A stretch of 64,000 bases of DNA from Promethearchaeota archaeon. Lineage in GTDB: Archaea > Asgardarchaeota > Lokiarchaeia > Sigyniarchaeales > SOKP01. This document shows, in pieces, positions 38,246 to 48,509 of the stretch. The position numbers and the translations under genes are program-made. The notes under the pieces were generated by a model. That model made no database searches. It had not been told where the DNA came from and saw only the letters and a list, made by a program, of their open reading frames with translations. The DNA is taken from NCBI GenBank assembly GCA_016839555.1, contig JAEOUA010000006.1, forward strand, positions 384,001-448,000, read 5' to 3'. The stretch's first letter is position 1, and each line of letters opens with the position of its first letter.

Positions 38246-38920
38246 CTAGTGATAATGATTTGGATTAAATACCCTTGTAATATCTTCCTCATCAAAATGT
38301 CCGCTCCAACGCTCCTTAATCACGACAAATTTTTCTTTTTGAGTATTTGCATTTATAATTGAATGGTAGCTGCCAACCGGATTTTTAATATGAGTTCCGG
38401 ATTCAACAAAATAATAGACTCGATGACCAGTCAAAACGATGGGTTTTCCTTTTAGTATTTCCCAGTATTCGCTGCGCTCTCTATGAATTTGGAAGGAAAT
38501 CCCCATCTCAGGTTTAATAAAAATGAGATTATATTCTGGATACGTGAATTTAATACTGTACCATTTGGATAAAATATCAATATATCCATCTGGAACCTCA
38601 TGAGATTTTTTGAATTCAATTGGATCTATTTTGATTTTTTGAGCCTTTTCGTATTTGTATGGATTATAAATAATTTGATGCTGAGAAACATCCAGATTAT
38701 ATTTGATATGGATTTCTTTATCAGATCTATTAATTATCATATAATATCCATTAGGAGGAATTATTAAATCTTGCGAGCTAATATCCTCTGTGAAAAATAT
38801 ATTACCATTAATTAAAAAAATATCCTTTAAATACTTCACCTTAATGTCGATAAGTAATAATTTTGAATCATTTTTCCGCAATAAAGTCCCTCTATTTGAT
38901 CCTAATTTTTCACTATACAT
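38246..38920 (-). CDS. Cupin protein, similar to the C-terminal domain of type II mannose-6-phosphate isomerase
   Basis: ISFQIHRERSEYW..LKG...H.I.N...E...G.FDEEDI.R. Confidence 0.7.
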   Translation of the reverse strand: MYSEKLGSNRGTLLRKNDSKLLLIDIKVKYLKDIFLINGNIFFTEDISSQDLIIPPNGYYMIINRSDKEIHIKYNLDVSQHQIIYNPYKYEKAQKIKIDPIEFKKSHEVPDGYIDILSKWYSIKFTYPEYNLIFIKPEMGISFQIHRERSEYWEILKGKPIVLTGHRVYYFVESGTHIKNPVGSYHSIINANTQKEKFVVIKERWSGHFDEEDITRVFNPNHYH

Positions 38921-38949
38921 CTTTCACTTATTTCCTCTAAAAAAGATTC

Positions 38950-39960
38950 TTATTTCATCTTATTATACTCTTTTACGCGATTTATAATTTCCTCTTGATA
39001 GGGAATTGAGCTTTGAGCGCCCTCTCGGGTCACCGCAATCGATGCGGCACACGTTGCAAATTTTACAGCTTCTCTTATATCTTTTCCCTTACATAATTGG
39101 CTTGCGAGTACCCCATTGAAACAATCACCTGCTCCCACCGTATCAACTGCCTTAACTTTAAAAGCAGGCATCTTGGTTGCTACATTTTCTTTTCCATCAT
39201 ATATAATACAACCATCAGGACCTATTGTAGTAATAATATTATGAATTCCTAATTCAGAAATGTTTTTTGAGATAGCAATAATCTTTTGGATTAAATTTGC
39301 TCTTTTTTCGAAGTTTTCCTCAAATCCTAAGAGTGAATGCAATCTGAAGAGTTCTCCTTCATTTGGCACGAGGATATCAATATTTTTCAATAGTTCCTTG
39401 GGTATTGCTTTTAATGGAGCAGGATTAAGGATTTTTATACATTCTCCTTCTGATGCAATTGAATAAATTTGTTGGATTGTTTCAATTGGGATTTCCATTT
39501 GTACTATTAAAGATTTCGCATTCCGTATAATATCTCCTTTATTTCGTATTTCTTCTGGGCTTAATAAAAAATTAGCGCCAGGTGCTACACTTATCATATT
39601 CTCTCCATTCTCATCGATCATTATAAATGCAACTCCACTATGCTCTTCTGGATCTCTTATAATATTTGTAGTATCAATCTCTTCCTTTTGTAGTTGTTCC
39701 AGCATTTGGTCTCCAAAAGCGTCTTTCCCAATTTTTCCAATAAAAATCGTAGTGCTTCCATCTCTCGCTGACGCAACAGCTTGATTAGCTCCTTTTCCTC
39801 CAAACGATTGTCTGAAAATGCCACCAGTCACCGTTTCTCCTGGTTTTGGAAGTCGCTTAGAATAAATATTCAAATCCATATTACAGGAACCAATTATCAA
39901 GACATACTCGTTTTTAGTATTATTCATATTACTTAAAGATAACCTAATTATAATATTCAA
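38950..39960 (-). CDS. rbsK: Ribokinase
   Basis: GSCNMDL, GGKGANQAVA, NPAP, PNEGE, DTVGAGDCF. Confidence 0.93.
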   Translation of the reverse strand: MNIIIRLSLSNMNNTKNEYVLIIGSCNMDLNIYSKRLPKPGETVTGGIFRQSFGGKGANQAVASARDGSTTIFIGKIGKDAFGDQMLEQLQKEEIDTTNIIRDPEEHSGVAFIMIDENGENMISVAPGANFLLSPEEIRNKGDIIRNAKSLIVQMEIPIETIQQIYSIASEGECIKILNPAPLKAIPKELLKNIDILVPNEGELFRLHSLLGFEENFEKRANLIQKIIAISKNISELGIHNIITTIGPDGCIIYDGKENVATKMPAFKVKAVDTVGAGDCFNGVLASQLCKGKDIREAVKFATCAASIAVTREGAQSSIPYQEEIINRVKEYNKMK

Positions 39961-40151
39961 AATGGCTGTTTTTTATACAATTCTCTATTGATTGAAAAAT
40001 GATCTCTTATTTTTAATTAATTGATATAAAAATCTTAAACCTTCAATAATTCAAATGGTTTTTATTTTATTTGATTTTATAATATAACATATATATTAAA
40101 CTAAATAATTTAGTATCTAAAAAAAAATTAAATAAAAAAAGGTAATAACAA

Positions 40152-40493
40152 ATGGGCGTAAGTAAAGATAAGATTATCGGAGCAATAGTCATTATATTAG
40201 GCATACTCATTGCTGTCATCTATACCCTTGGATCTATTGTCGACTTAATTTGGGAAGAGGTAGATCCCTTTTCACATGGCGTCGATTTAACCTCCTCATG
40301 GCTGAGCGAGATTGATTTATTTAACTGGAGATACTTTGTTGTTGGTCCAATGTGGTTAGTCGTCATGCTTATCGCTATCATCGCAATTTGGATCGGATAT
40401 AGTATGCTCACAACACCTGCTCCAGTTCCGCTTGAAGAACTTGAAGAAGAGCTTGCAGCAGAAGAGGAAGAAATCGCTAAAGAAGATGAATAG
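40152..40493 (+). CDS. Two-TM small membrane protein, DPM2-like
   Basis: KDKIIG...IYT TM1 and RYFVVGP...WIGYSMLTT TM2, then an acidic tail. Confidence 0.55.
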   Translation: MGVSKDKIIGAIVIILGILIAVIYTLGSIVDLIWEEVDPFSHGVDLTSSWLSEIDLFNWRYFVVGPMWLVVMLIAIIAIWIGYSMLTTPAPVPLEELEEELAAEEEEIAKEDE

Positions 40494-40740
40494 TAAGTCC
40501 TAATCTATTTTATTTTTTTCTTATTTCTTATTTTCTTTTTTAAACTCTTTGTTTTTTTTTAGAAATATTAAATGTAATGATTTATTGTTTAAGACTCTTA
40601 AAGCCTATTTGAATACTAGACTTACTCCTCTGAATCAAGAAGTTTTTATTATATTATTATTTTTTCTAAATATAATTGAAAATTTAATTCTAATTGCTTT
40701 CAATAAAGCTTTAAATAAATATTAAGGAGAAAAATAGAAA

Positions 40741-40938
40741 ATGAGTTTCGAAATTGAAATCGACATGGATGCTTGCACGGGATGCGGTACATGCTATGAG
40801 GTCTGCCCATCAGAGTGTTTTGGCGAACCAGAAGGTGGAAAAGTTAATGTGATCGAGGATATGAGAGATGAATGCGTTGGATGCCGTGCATGCGAAACGC
40901 AGTGCCCAGAAGAGGCAATTACAATTACAGAAGTCTAA
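40741..40938 (+). CDS. 2[4Fe-4S] ferredoxin
   Basis: CTGCGTCYEVCP and CVGCRACETQCP. Confidence 0.96.
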   Translation: MSFEIEIDMDACTGCGTCYEVCPSECFGEPEGGKVNVIEDMRDECVGCRACETQCPEEAITITEV

Positions 40939-41442
40939 AACAAATGTACTAGAATTTTTTATTCTTTTTTTTTCTTTTTTAACTATTTTCTTTTTCTATT
41001 TATATTTTCAATATATAAATTCAAGTTTCATAAATCCCAGAGAATTTCTGGTGCTCGATAATGAAAAAAAGAAATGAGATTAACAAAAATTTTAAATAAT
41101 AAGAAATTATAAGAAGTAGATATAAAAAAAAATAATGATGATTAATTTTCAGTGGGTGGTAATTAATCCTTAACTATTTTTTCTTGTTTTAGTTAATTTA
41201 TCACCTTTGATTAGGTAATTAAAATTCTGGTCCAAAAAATTGGACACAATAATAAAATGGTTTATTAATTATATAAATGTTTTGTTTATCAAATATGTTC
41301 AGTATTACTAGGAGATTTCTAAAATTTGTTTATTTTTTCAAAAAAATTTTAAAATATCATTAAACTTTTTTTAGAAAAGTAAACAAACTTCATAATATAA
41401 AAAATTTATTGAACACAATCGAGAAAAAAAACAGAATTTTCA

Positions 41443-42570
41443 TTACCACAATAGAATTCTACCGCATTGTTTACACGTCCCTTGATTAACTTGCTGATGA
41501 ATACAGTTTTCATGGTAAAGAGCTCCACATTCTTTACATTGATATATTTTTTTTGTACTTTTTTCAAACCCATATCCGCAATAGGCGCATTTATTTGTTA
41601 AAGCAGTGTCTAGGTCATTTGGGCTAACTTCTATGATTTGAGAGGTCGTTGTTAAGCCGATTCCCTCGTTTCCAGTAATATTAGAGGGAGTAACATACTC
41701 TTTTTGAGGGTCAGGGGTTATCCATTGTTCTTCTAAAGGAATTTGAGGAGTTGGTGTTTGGGTTTGAATCTTTCTACCAGGTTGTTTTATCCCCATTTTT
41801 TGAGAGATTTTTTCATCTAGAATATTAGTTAAGATAAGTGCGGAAGTATATCTCCCTCTTTTTCCTCCTTTTTGAAGGTGAACATGTGAAATAAAATGAA
41901 TAACTCGGCCACCCTTTTTTCCAAAATCAAAATAAACTAGTACGGGTCCATTTTCCCATTTTTTCTTGAGTTCATTCGAACTGATGAGCACATGGACGTC
42001 ATTTACACTCAGCAGTTCAATTGGAAAACTTTTGGTTTCTAACCACCATTTAAATTCATCGCTTTTAGATTTTTTTGAATTCCATTTACTCTGTTGTATC
42101 TCTCCTAAAACACTATCAAGAAAAGGATGATCTGGTTGTTGGATTTGGCATTTTATGACGACATCACCAGTCCGTCTTCGATTCCAACGAATATAGCCCG
42201 GAAAGATATTTTCCACAATATAAAGTAATGCCCAGTCTGTGGTAATTAGCCACCCTCCATTAAGTACGTAGTCCTTTATTTTCGAGTATACAGACTTAGG
42301 AATCTCTTTTCCAGGACATCCAATTAATACGACATCAAATCGATTCAAATTTAAATCTTTTAATTCTTTATCGATATCCTTTCTCTTAATAAAAACTTTC
42401 TCAGAAGCGTACATATGTTGGATAACTTTCTTAGGTTTCTCGTATTGACCCTCAATTGCCAGGATTTTTCCGTGTTTTTCGACTGCTTGTACAATTTCCT
42501 TTTTATTAAGCGCTTCCATCTTGCGCTTTCTCACTTCAGAATAAAGATCTTTAAAAGAAATTTCTCTCAC
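41443..42570 (-). CDS. Protein with a GATase-like alpha/beta N-domain and a C-terminal RING/PHD-like finger
   Basis: IGCPG...YV..GG.LITTDWAL...FPG; CAYC-x13-CKEC-x4-HENC-x9-CKQC. Confidence 0.7.
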   Translation of the reverse strand: MREISFKDLYSEVRKRKMEALNKKEIVQAVEKHGKILAIEGQYEKPKKVIQHMYASEKVFIKRKDIDKELKDLNLNRFDVVLIGCPGKEIPKSVYSKIKDYVLNGGWLITTDWALLYIVENIFPGYIRWNRRRTGDVVIKCQIQQPDHPFLDSVLGEIQQSKWNSKKSKSDEFKWWLETKSFPIELLSVNDVHVLISSNELKKKWENGPVLVYFDFGKKGGRVIHFISHVHLQKGGKRGRYTSALILTNILDEKISQKMGIKQPGRKIQTQTPTPQIPLEEQWITPDPQKEYVTPSNITGNEGIGLTTTSQIIEVSPNDLDTALTNKCAYCGYGFEKSTKKIYQCKECGALYHENCIHQQVNQGTCKQCGRILLW

Positions 42571-42666
42571 CTTTAAAATTTTTAATTTTCTTAATGTATT
42601 ATCATATAATAAGAGAATAAAATAAATGTTTCTTATTTACTATAAGAGAATCAAGAGGAAAACCTT

Positions 42667-44190
42667 ATGGATTTTACGATAAAGAACATAGGATATCCTT
42701 CGGAATTTTGGATCTATTTTGAAGAGATCTCTAAAATACCGCGCTGTTCCGGAAAAGAAGAGAAAATAAGATCTTATATAGAAGAAGTTGCTAGATCTTT
42801 TCATTATAAGACCAAAATAGATAAAGCAGGAAATTTATTAGTATTTAAGGAGTCTAATAGAAATCCTCTAAAGAAAAAGAAGAGAAAAACAATTATCTTC
42901 CAGGCGCATTTGGATATGGTCTGTGAGAAAAATAGGGAAGTTTACCATGATTTTAGCAAAGATCCTTTATCATTAAAAGTTATTAAGAAGGAGGGCGAAG
43001 AATGGTTAACTGCGGATTGTACAACTTTAGGAGCGGATAATGGGGTTGGAATCGCCTATTGCTTGACATTAATGAATTATTTAAATAATAAAAAACTCGA
43101 TTTTACCAATATTTTTATAGATTTCCTTTTTACTGTGGAAGAGGAGGTGGGGCTTAATGGAGCATTTAATATCAACCAAGATTTTATTGAAGGCAATTTT
43201 TTAATCAACTTAGATTCCGAAGAAGATAATAAATTTACCATTGGATGTGCTGGCGGTATAAATACCATTGGAACTTTAAAATTAACATTCAAAAAAGTAA
43301 ACGAATATCCTAAGGAATTGATTCCGATAAAATTAACTATAAAGGGTCTGCTTGGTGGACATTCAGGAAGAGATATTAATAAAGGGCGGGCGAATGCTAT
43401 TAAAATCATATCAAAAATTTTATGGAAAGTAAATAATAAATATGGGTTATATTTAAGTTCATTAAATGGTGGGAATTTATCAAATGCGATTCCCAGAGAG
43501 GCAGAAGCAAGATTTTATTGCAAGAAAGATGATAAATCGGCAGTATTTAATTTTATTGATCATATTAAATCCGAAATAGAACTAGGGATTTCCAAAATTG
43601 AACCGGATATGGAAATTATTTCGAAACCTATTGAAGAATCCGATGAATATATTATTTTTCCAAAAGAAATAGGGGATAAATTAATTCATTTACTTTATGT
43701 AATGCCGAATGGTCCTATTTCCATTCATCCCAAAGATCCTGATTTAGTCTACACCTCAACAAATTTAGCATCAATAAAAATGTCCGATGAGCAATTAGAA
43801 ATGGTTACTAGTCAGAGGAGCTTACATGAAATTTCTAAAACAATTATTTATGAAAAGATTGAAGCGTTATTTAAGTTAGCGGATCTTCATATTGAAATCT
43901 CTCATAAAGGAGATTATCCTAGTTGGGAACCTAATTATGATTCAACACTTCTTAAAATCGCTGAAAAAAGTTATGAGGATTTATTTCAGAGCGCCCCCGA
44001 TATTCAAACAATTCATGCGGGATTGGAAACGGGTATTTTGAATAAAAAATTTCCGGAAATAGAAATGATTTCACTGGGGCCTAATATCCAAGGTGGACAT
44101 TCGCCTGATGAGAAACTTCATGTGAAAAGCGTCGAGAAAATATGGAAACTTTTATGTGAGCTCTTAAAAAATTTAGATACATCAAATTAG
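42667..44190 (+). CDS. pepD: Aminoacyl-histidine dipeptidase (M20C)
   Basis: QAHLDMVCEK, TTLGADNG, EEVG, NLDSE, GGHSG, IHAGLE, HSPDE. Confidence 0.95.
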   Translation: MDFTIKNIGYPSEFWIYFEEISKIPRCSGKEEKIRSYIEEVARSFHYKTKIDKAGNLLVFKESNRNPLKKKKRKTIIFQAHLDMVCEKNREVYHDFSKDPLSLKVIKKEGEEWLTADCTTLGADNGVGIAYCLTLMNYLNNKKLDFTNIFIDFLFTVEEEVGLNGAFNINQDFIEGNFLINLDSEEDNKFTIGCAGGINTIGTLKLTFKKVNEYPKELIPIKLTIKGLLGGHSGRDINKGRANAIKIISKILWKVNNKYGLYLSSLNGGNLSNAIPREAEARFYCKKDDKSAVFNFIDHIKSEIELGISKIEPDMEIISKPIEESDEYIIFPKEIGDKLIHLLYVMPNGPISIHPKDPDLVYTSTNLASIKMSDEQLEMVTSQRSLHEISKTIIYEKIEALFKLADLHIEISHKGDYPSWEPNYDSTLLKIAEKSYEDLFQSAPDIQTIHAGLETGILNKKFPEIEMISLGPNIQGGHSPDEKLHVKSVEKIWKLLCELLKNLDTSN

Positions 44191-44304
44191 GCAATAAACT
44201 ATTTATTAAGAAAAGTTTAAAAAAAGATATAACAAAAATATTTTAATTAAATCTAAATTTATTTATTTAATAATAATCAATAAAATGAGACTTATTATTG
44301 TGTT

Positions 44305-44856
44305 ATGAGAAAGAAATCGAGAAAAACCAAGGATATAAAAAGAAGTGAGATGAATGGGTCTGAGACCGTTCTAGAAAAGCTTAAGGATAAGACCCCTTGG
44401 ATATTTGGAAGCAAAATTAGAAAGCCTAAGATTAAATTTCCTTCTCTTAGCACTCGACGGAGAATTTCGGTGCCTTCTCCATCAAAAACGTTTGTTTTAA
44501 TTATTATATACATTATTCTTTTTGTTTTACAATGTGGGACAATCTATATTGTATATCGAGAAACTATCGCCTTAGGTGCAACTGATAGTGGTGAGCCCTT
44601 ATTTCTTTACCCAAGTATTTCGGAACAATTTATCCTTGAAGGTATAGTTGCATCGGTCCTGTTTTTAATTGGCAGTCTGGGGTTTATTTTAATCTATCAA
44701 GCAAGTAGGTATGTGTATAACCGCAGTACAGTCATTAAAATATTGGCTATTGGGCTTATTTTTATTTTAGTAGCATTTATTATTCTACAGATAATGCTTT
44801 CGATTAAAACGGCGAGCTTCAGGCAATTCTTGTCAGATTTAATCTCACAATATTAA
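44305..44856 (+). CDS. OST3/OST6/OSTC(DC2)-like oligosaccharyltransferase accessory subunit
   Basis: 3 TM segments; G.IY...E...LG...P.FL...EQFILEGIVASVLF.IG.LGFILI motif. Confidence 0.75.
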   Translation: MRKKSRKTKDIKRSEMNGSETVLEKLKDKTPWIFGSKIRKPKIKFPSLSTRRRISVPSPSKTFVLIIIYIILFVLQCGTIYIVYRETIALGATDSGEPLFLYPSISEQFILEGIVASVLFLIGSLGFILIYQASRYVYNRSTVIKILAIGLIFILVAFIILQIMLSIKTASFRQFLSDLISQY

Positions 44857-44913
44857 ACCTAAATTTTTAAATAAAAAACAATAAAATCATTAATTTTAAA
44901 ATAATTATTAATC

Positions 44914-46056
44914 TTATTTTACTTCACATATTTTTAATTCGTCATAATCTACAATTACACGATATAGCCCTTTCATTTCCTTGTCTAATTGAGGATCTCT
45001 AGTATCAATTCTTAAGATTTGATTTGGTATTTTCATAAGTTTATATTTTGTAGCGATAATTATTAAGTTTTTAGAGGTAATTTTTTTAAGAATTTTGGGG
45101 GTAAATTGAAGATTTCCTCGCCCAAAGATGAATCCTTGCCTCCCAATAGGAGAAATAATAATTTTTAAGGGATTGTTATTAATTTTAGTTAATATCTCTT
45201 GCTCATTTAAATCTAAGGCGATAATTTTTTTATTTAGAAGTAAATCGACCCCTAATACTGTTTTTTTCTGATTTAAAGCATCAGTAATAGCTTTAGTTGT
45301 AGTTCCAGGACCAAGTAGATAATATATATCATTTTTAAGATCTTCGACTATTTTTTTAGCTATTCTTTCTTGATTCGTTAAATCAGAATCGGGAGTACCC
45401 ATTTTAGATTGTTGAGAGAAGTCAGGATTAAACGGCGTGAGCATATATCCATAGAGTTTTGAAACTAATTTTCCCTCTCTAAATGCTTCTTCATCAATAT
45501 CTAAAACTTCTGATTTTTTTAACGGAATTTCATCCCATAGAAATTGCATAACCAACGAGCCCGCAATTCGTGGATTTAATGCAAACACGCTTGAATAGAT
45601 TTTTACTCCTGCGGGAATTCCTAAACAGGGTTTCTTTTCATTTACGATGCTTTGAATATCCTGGGCCGTCCCATCCCCTCCTACAAAGATCAGCAACTTT
45701 AACTTTTGATTCTTCCTTAAAATCTCTGCTACTATTTTGGTGTGATCTGCGGTGGTATCATAGATATTTTCATATTCTTGAAATATTGGATGATCAATTT
45801 CTTCATATTGGAATCCTAATCCATTCAAAATATATGCCCCCATAAATTTAGGGCACGTGATGAATTTTAATTTGCTTTTTACTGATTCGAGTTCTTTTAA
45901 TAATTCTTTTGTTCGTTCTTCAGCATTTGGCGTTGCACCTAAATTAATGGCTCTCTTCAAAATAGATTTTCCATCTGTACCTTTTAATCCTACCGATCCC
46001 CCCATCCCTGCGATAGGATTAATTATTAAACCTAATATAAACTTGGATTCTGACAT
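44914..46056 (-). CDS. ATP-NAD kinase family protein
   Basis: NPIAGMGGSVGLKGTDG, GGDGT, GIPAGVKIYS, QGFIFGRGNLQ. Confidence 0.9.
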   Translation of the reverse strand: MSESKFILGLIINPIAGMGGSVGLKGTDGKSILKRAINLGATPNAEERTKELLKELESVKSKLKFITCPKFMGAYILNGLGFQYEEIDHPIFQEYENIYDTTADHTKIVAEILRKNQKLKLLIFVGGDGTAQDIQSIVNEKKPCLGIPAGVKIYSSVFALNPRIAGSLVMQFLWDEIPLKKSEVLDIDEEAFREGKLVSKLYGYMLTPFNPDFSQQSKMGTPDSDLTNQERIAKKIVEDLKNDIYYLLGPGTTTKAITDALNQKKTVLGVDLLLNKKIIALDLNEQEILTKINNNPLKIIISPIGRQGFIFGRGNLQFTPKILKKITSKNLIIIATKYKLMKIPNQILRIDTRDPQLDKEMKGLYRVIVDYDELKICEVK

Positions 46057-46113
46057 ACTTATAGGTAAAAATAAAAAAAAAAATTCAAAAAATTAATGAT
46101 ATTTTCGAAATAC

Positions 46114-46533
46114 TTATTCTAAACCGGCAATAAAATCTTTATAGGCTGCTGCATCAAGTAAATTTCCCTTCTCTCCATCAAAATCGGAAGCATCAACTGC
46201 AAATAACCAACCGGCTCCATAAGGATCTTCATTAACCCTTTCAGGATAATCTAATAAATCACTATTTACATCTGTGACAGTTCCAGATACCGGACTATAA
46301 ATATCTCCAATTGCTTTACTTGACTCGACAGCAGCATCTAATGGATCGCTTGCTGGCTCATCGCCGCTCATCTCAACCTGACTTACATCTAGCCCATTCA
46401 CTGGGTCCACGTCAACGAACGTTATTTCACCAAGCTGATCCGCAGCAAACGCAGTAATCCCTACTTTTCCAGATGCAGGGTCGTACCATTGATGAGTCTT
46501 CGTATAATATAATCCATCTTTTACTTCAGACAT
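46114..46533 (-). CDS. gcvH: Glycine cleavage system H protein
   Basis: GIT.FAADQLGEITFV, VESSKA (lipoyl Lys), SPVSG.V..VN, NEDPYGAGWL. Confidence 0.93.
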   Translation of the reverse strand: MSEVKDGLYYTKTHQWYDPASGKVGITAFAADQLGEITFVDVDPVNGLDVSQVEMSGDEPASDPLDAAVESSKAIGDIYSPVSGTVTDVNSDLLDYPERVNEDPYGAGWLFAVDASDFDGEKGNLLDAAAYKDFIAGLE

Positions 46534-46719
46534 TTTTCTTTAACAACTCGTTTTTAATTTTAATACTTGATATTAAGGATATTTACAATTAATTTTTAGA
46601 AAAATAAAAAATTTTTTATCGAAAATCATGAATTGAGGTTTTTTTTTTAAAAATAAAATCGTGCAAGATTTAATATCTCTTAATTGTTTATAAAAACAAA
46701 ATAGATGATGGTTTAATCT

Positions 46720-47559
46720 TTGAACAATGATCAAAATAAAGAGACTATAAATTTTTTTCAAGGGTTTCAAAAATGGTACATTCGAATCATAAATGAGTTT
46801 AATTACGACGAGAATAAAGATCGTGAGGCAAGAGATGTTTTATTAAGGATCTTGGATGAAAAGGATCGGGATTGGAGTAGTAAAGATATATTAAGAGAAT
46901 TTAAAGAGAGATTAAATGAAAAGCAAAATTTATTAATTTTTGGATGTGGTCCAAGTTTAGAAAGTTCTATTAATTCAATTATTAAAAAGAAGGGTGCAAA
47001 TTTCTTTAATAATTTTATTAATTTAACCGCAAATGGGGCATCTGTATTATTAAGGGAAGAAAAATTACCTATTGATGGACTTTTTTCAGATCTGGATGGG
47101 ATTACAAAACAAGAATTTAATTATGCCAAATTTGTTATAGTGCATGCGCATGGTGATAATATAGAAAAGCTTTTGCATTTCAAGAAGGAAATTATTCATA
47201 AAAGAAATATTATTCCTACAACACAAGTTAAACCCAAAAACGGTATATATAATCCAGGGGGATTCACGGATGGAGACAGAATAGTATATTTCATAAAAAA
47301 TCTTATTCTTCCTCATCAAAAGTTGTATCTAATTGGAATGGATTTTAAGGAAACCGTTGGTAGATTTTCTAAAACTTATATGAAACAAGATGCCCTTGCA
47401 ACTCCCATAAAGATTAAGAAATTGGAATTTGCAGTCAAATTAATCGAAGAAATATACAAAGAGTTAAAAAATGAGTTATATTTTGTGAATTCAAAGAAAG
47501 TCTCTAAAAAATTTACTTATCTTTCTTTATCACAATTTCTTAAAGAAGAAGGAAATTAA
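46720..47559 (+). CDS. mptE: 6-hydroxymethyl-7,8-dihydropterin pyrophosphokinase MptE-like (DUF115)
   Basis: GCGPSL, SDLDG, VHAHGDN, TTQ, GGFTDGDR, GMDF, KIKKL. Confidence 0.88.
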   Translation: MNNDQNKETINFFQGFQKWYIRIINEFNYDENKDREARDVLLRILDEKDRDWSSKDILREFKERLNEKQNLLIFGCGPSLESSINSIIKKKGANFFNNFINLTANGASVLLREEKLPIDGLFSDLDGITKQEFNYAKFVIVHAHGDNIEKLLHFKKEIIHKRNIIPTTQVKPKNGIYNPGGFTDGDRIVYFIKNLILPHQKLYLIGMDFKETVGRFSKTYMKQDALATPIKIKKLEFAVKLIEEIYKELKNELYFVNSKKVSKKFTYLSLSQFLKEEGN

Positions 47560-47572
47560 TGTGTCAGCGAGC

Positions 47573-48391
47573 TTAAATTTTATAATCAACCAAACCTTTT
47601 GGAGTTATTTCATATAGTAATTTTTTTTCAGGAAGAAACGAGGAATTAACACGATGAATATAACAGAGGTTCTTTTCAACATCATTCTTGTGGGATAAAT
47701 AAAACATTTCTGAAAAAAAGTGGTTTAAATAGTGGAGTCCCACTGGATATTCTTGTATAATAGCATCTTCGATAAAATTAGGAGTAATTTGAGCAGTTAA
47801 AATCGTGATTAAATTAAATGTTTTGGTTAATTCATATATTTTTTGTAAAACACTTAGAAAGGTATTTTTTAGTTGAGAGAAGGAAATTGCTGGATTACCT
47901 TTTTCAGAGCGGTAATAGTTATTAATTGTATCGATAATTAGCAACTGGATTGGGTTCTTTTTAATTTCCTTTTCCAGGCTCTTTAGAGAGATTAATAAGG
48001 CATAATTACTCATAATTTTTGAAACCAAAATCGTGTTTAACACTTTATTATAATTTAATTGTCTTAATTTTGATATCTCCTCTATTCTTTCAGAGCGAAA
48101 GGTGTTCTCCGTATCATAATAAAGGCAATATTTCGCATTTTTTTTCGAATGTTTATGAGATGATTGTTTAAATACTTGAATACACATTTGATGGCATAAT
48201 TGTGTTTTCCCTGTCCTATTAGCTCCAAAAAATAAATATATAGATCCTTTTTTAAAGCCTCTTCCTAATATTTTATCAAGACTTTTCGCCCCAGAGGAAA
48301 GTATAATATCTTTCTTTACTTTCTTTTGGAGGAGTAATTTTAAATTAGTAATTTGATTTTTATTTATCTTGAGTGCGTCGTTTATATTCAT
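47573..48391 (-). CDS. RadA/Rad51 paralogue (ATPase core, no HhH N-domain)
   Basis: SG...LDKILG.G, FGANRTGKTQLCHQ, YYDTENTFRSERI, LLIIDT. Confidence 0.85.
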   Translation of the reverse strand: MNINDALKINKNQITNLKLLLQKKVKKDIILSSGAKSLDKILGRGFKKGSIYLFFGANRTGKTQLCHQMCIQVFKQSSHKHSKKNAKYCLYYDTENTFRSERIEEISKLRQLNYNKVLNTILVSKIMSNYALLISLKSLEKEIKKNPIQLLIIDTINNYYRSEKGNPAISFSQLKNTFLSVLQKIYELTKTFNLITILTAQITPNFIEDAIIQEYPVGLHYLNHFFSEMFYLSHKNDVEKNLCYIHRVNSSFLPEKKLLYEITPKGLVDYKI

Positions 48392-48509
48392 TGTAATACA
48401 TTAATTTATTAAGACAAGAATTATTTAAAAAATGAAAAAAATACAAAAATTATTATTAGTTTTTTAAAATTTTTTGCATTATGAGATTATATAAGAATAA
48501 ACTACTTAA

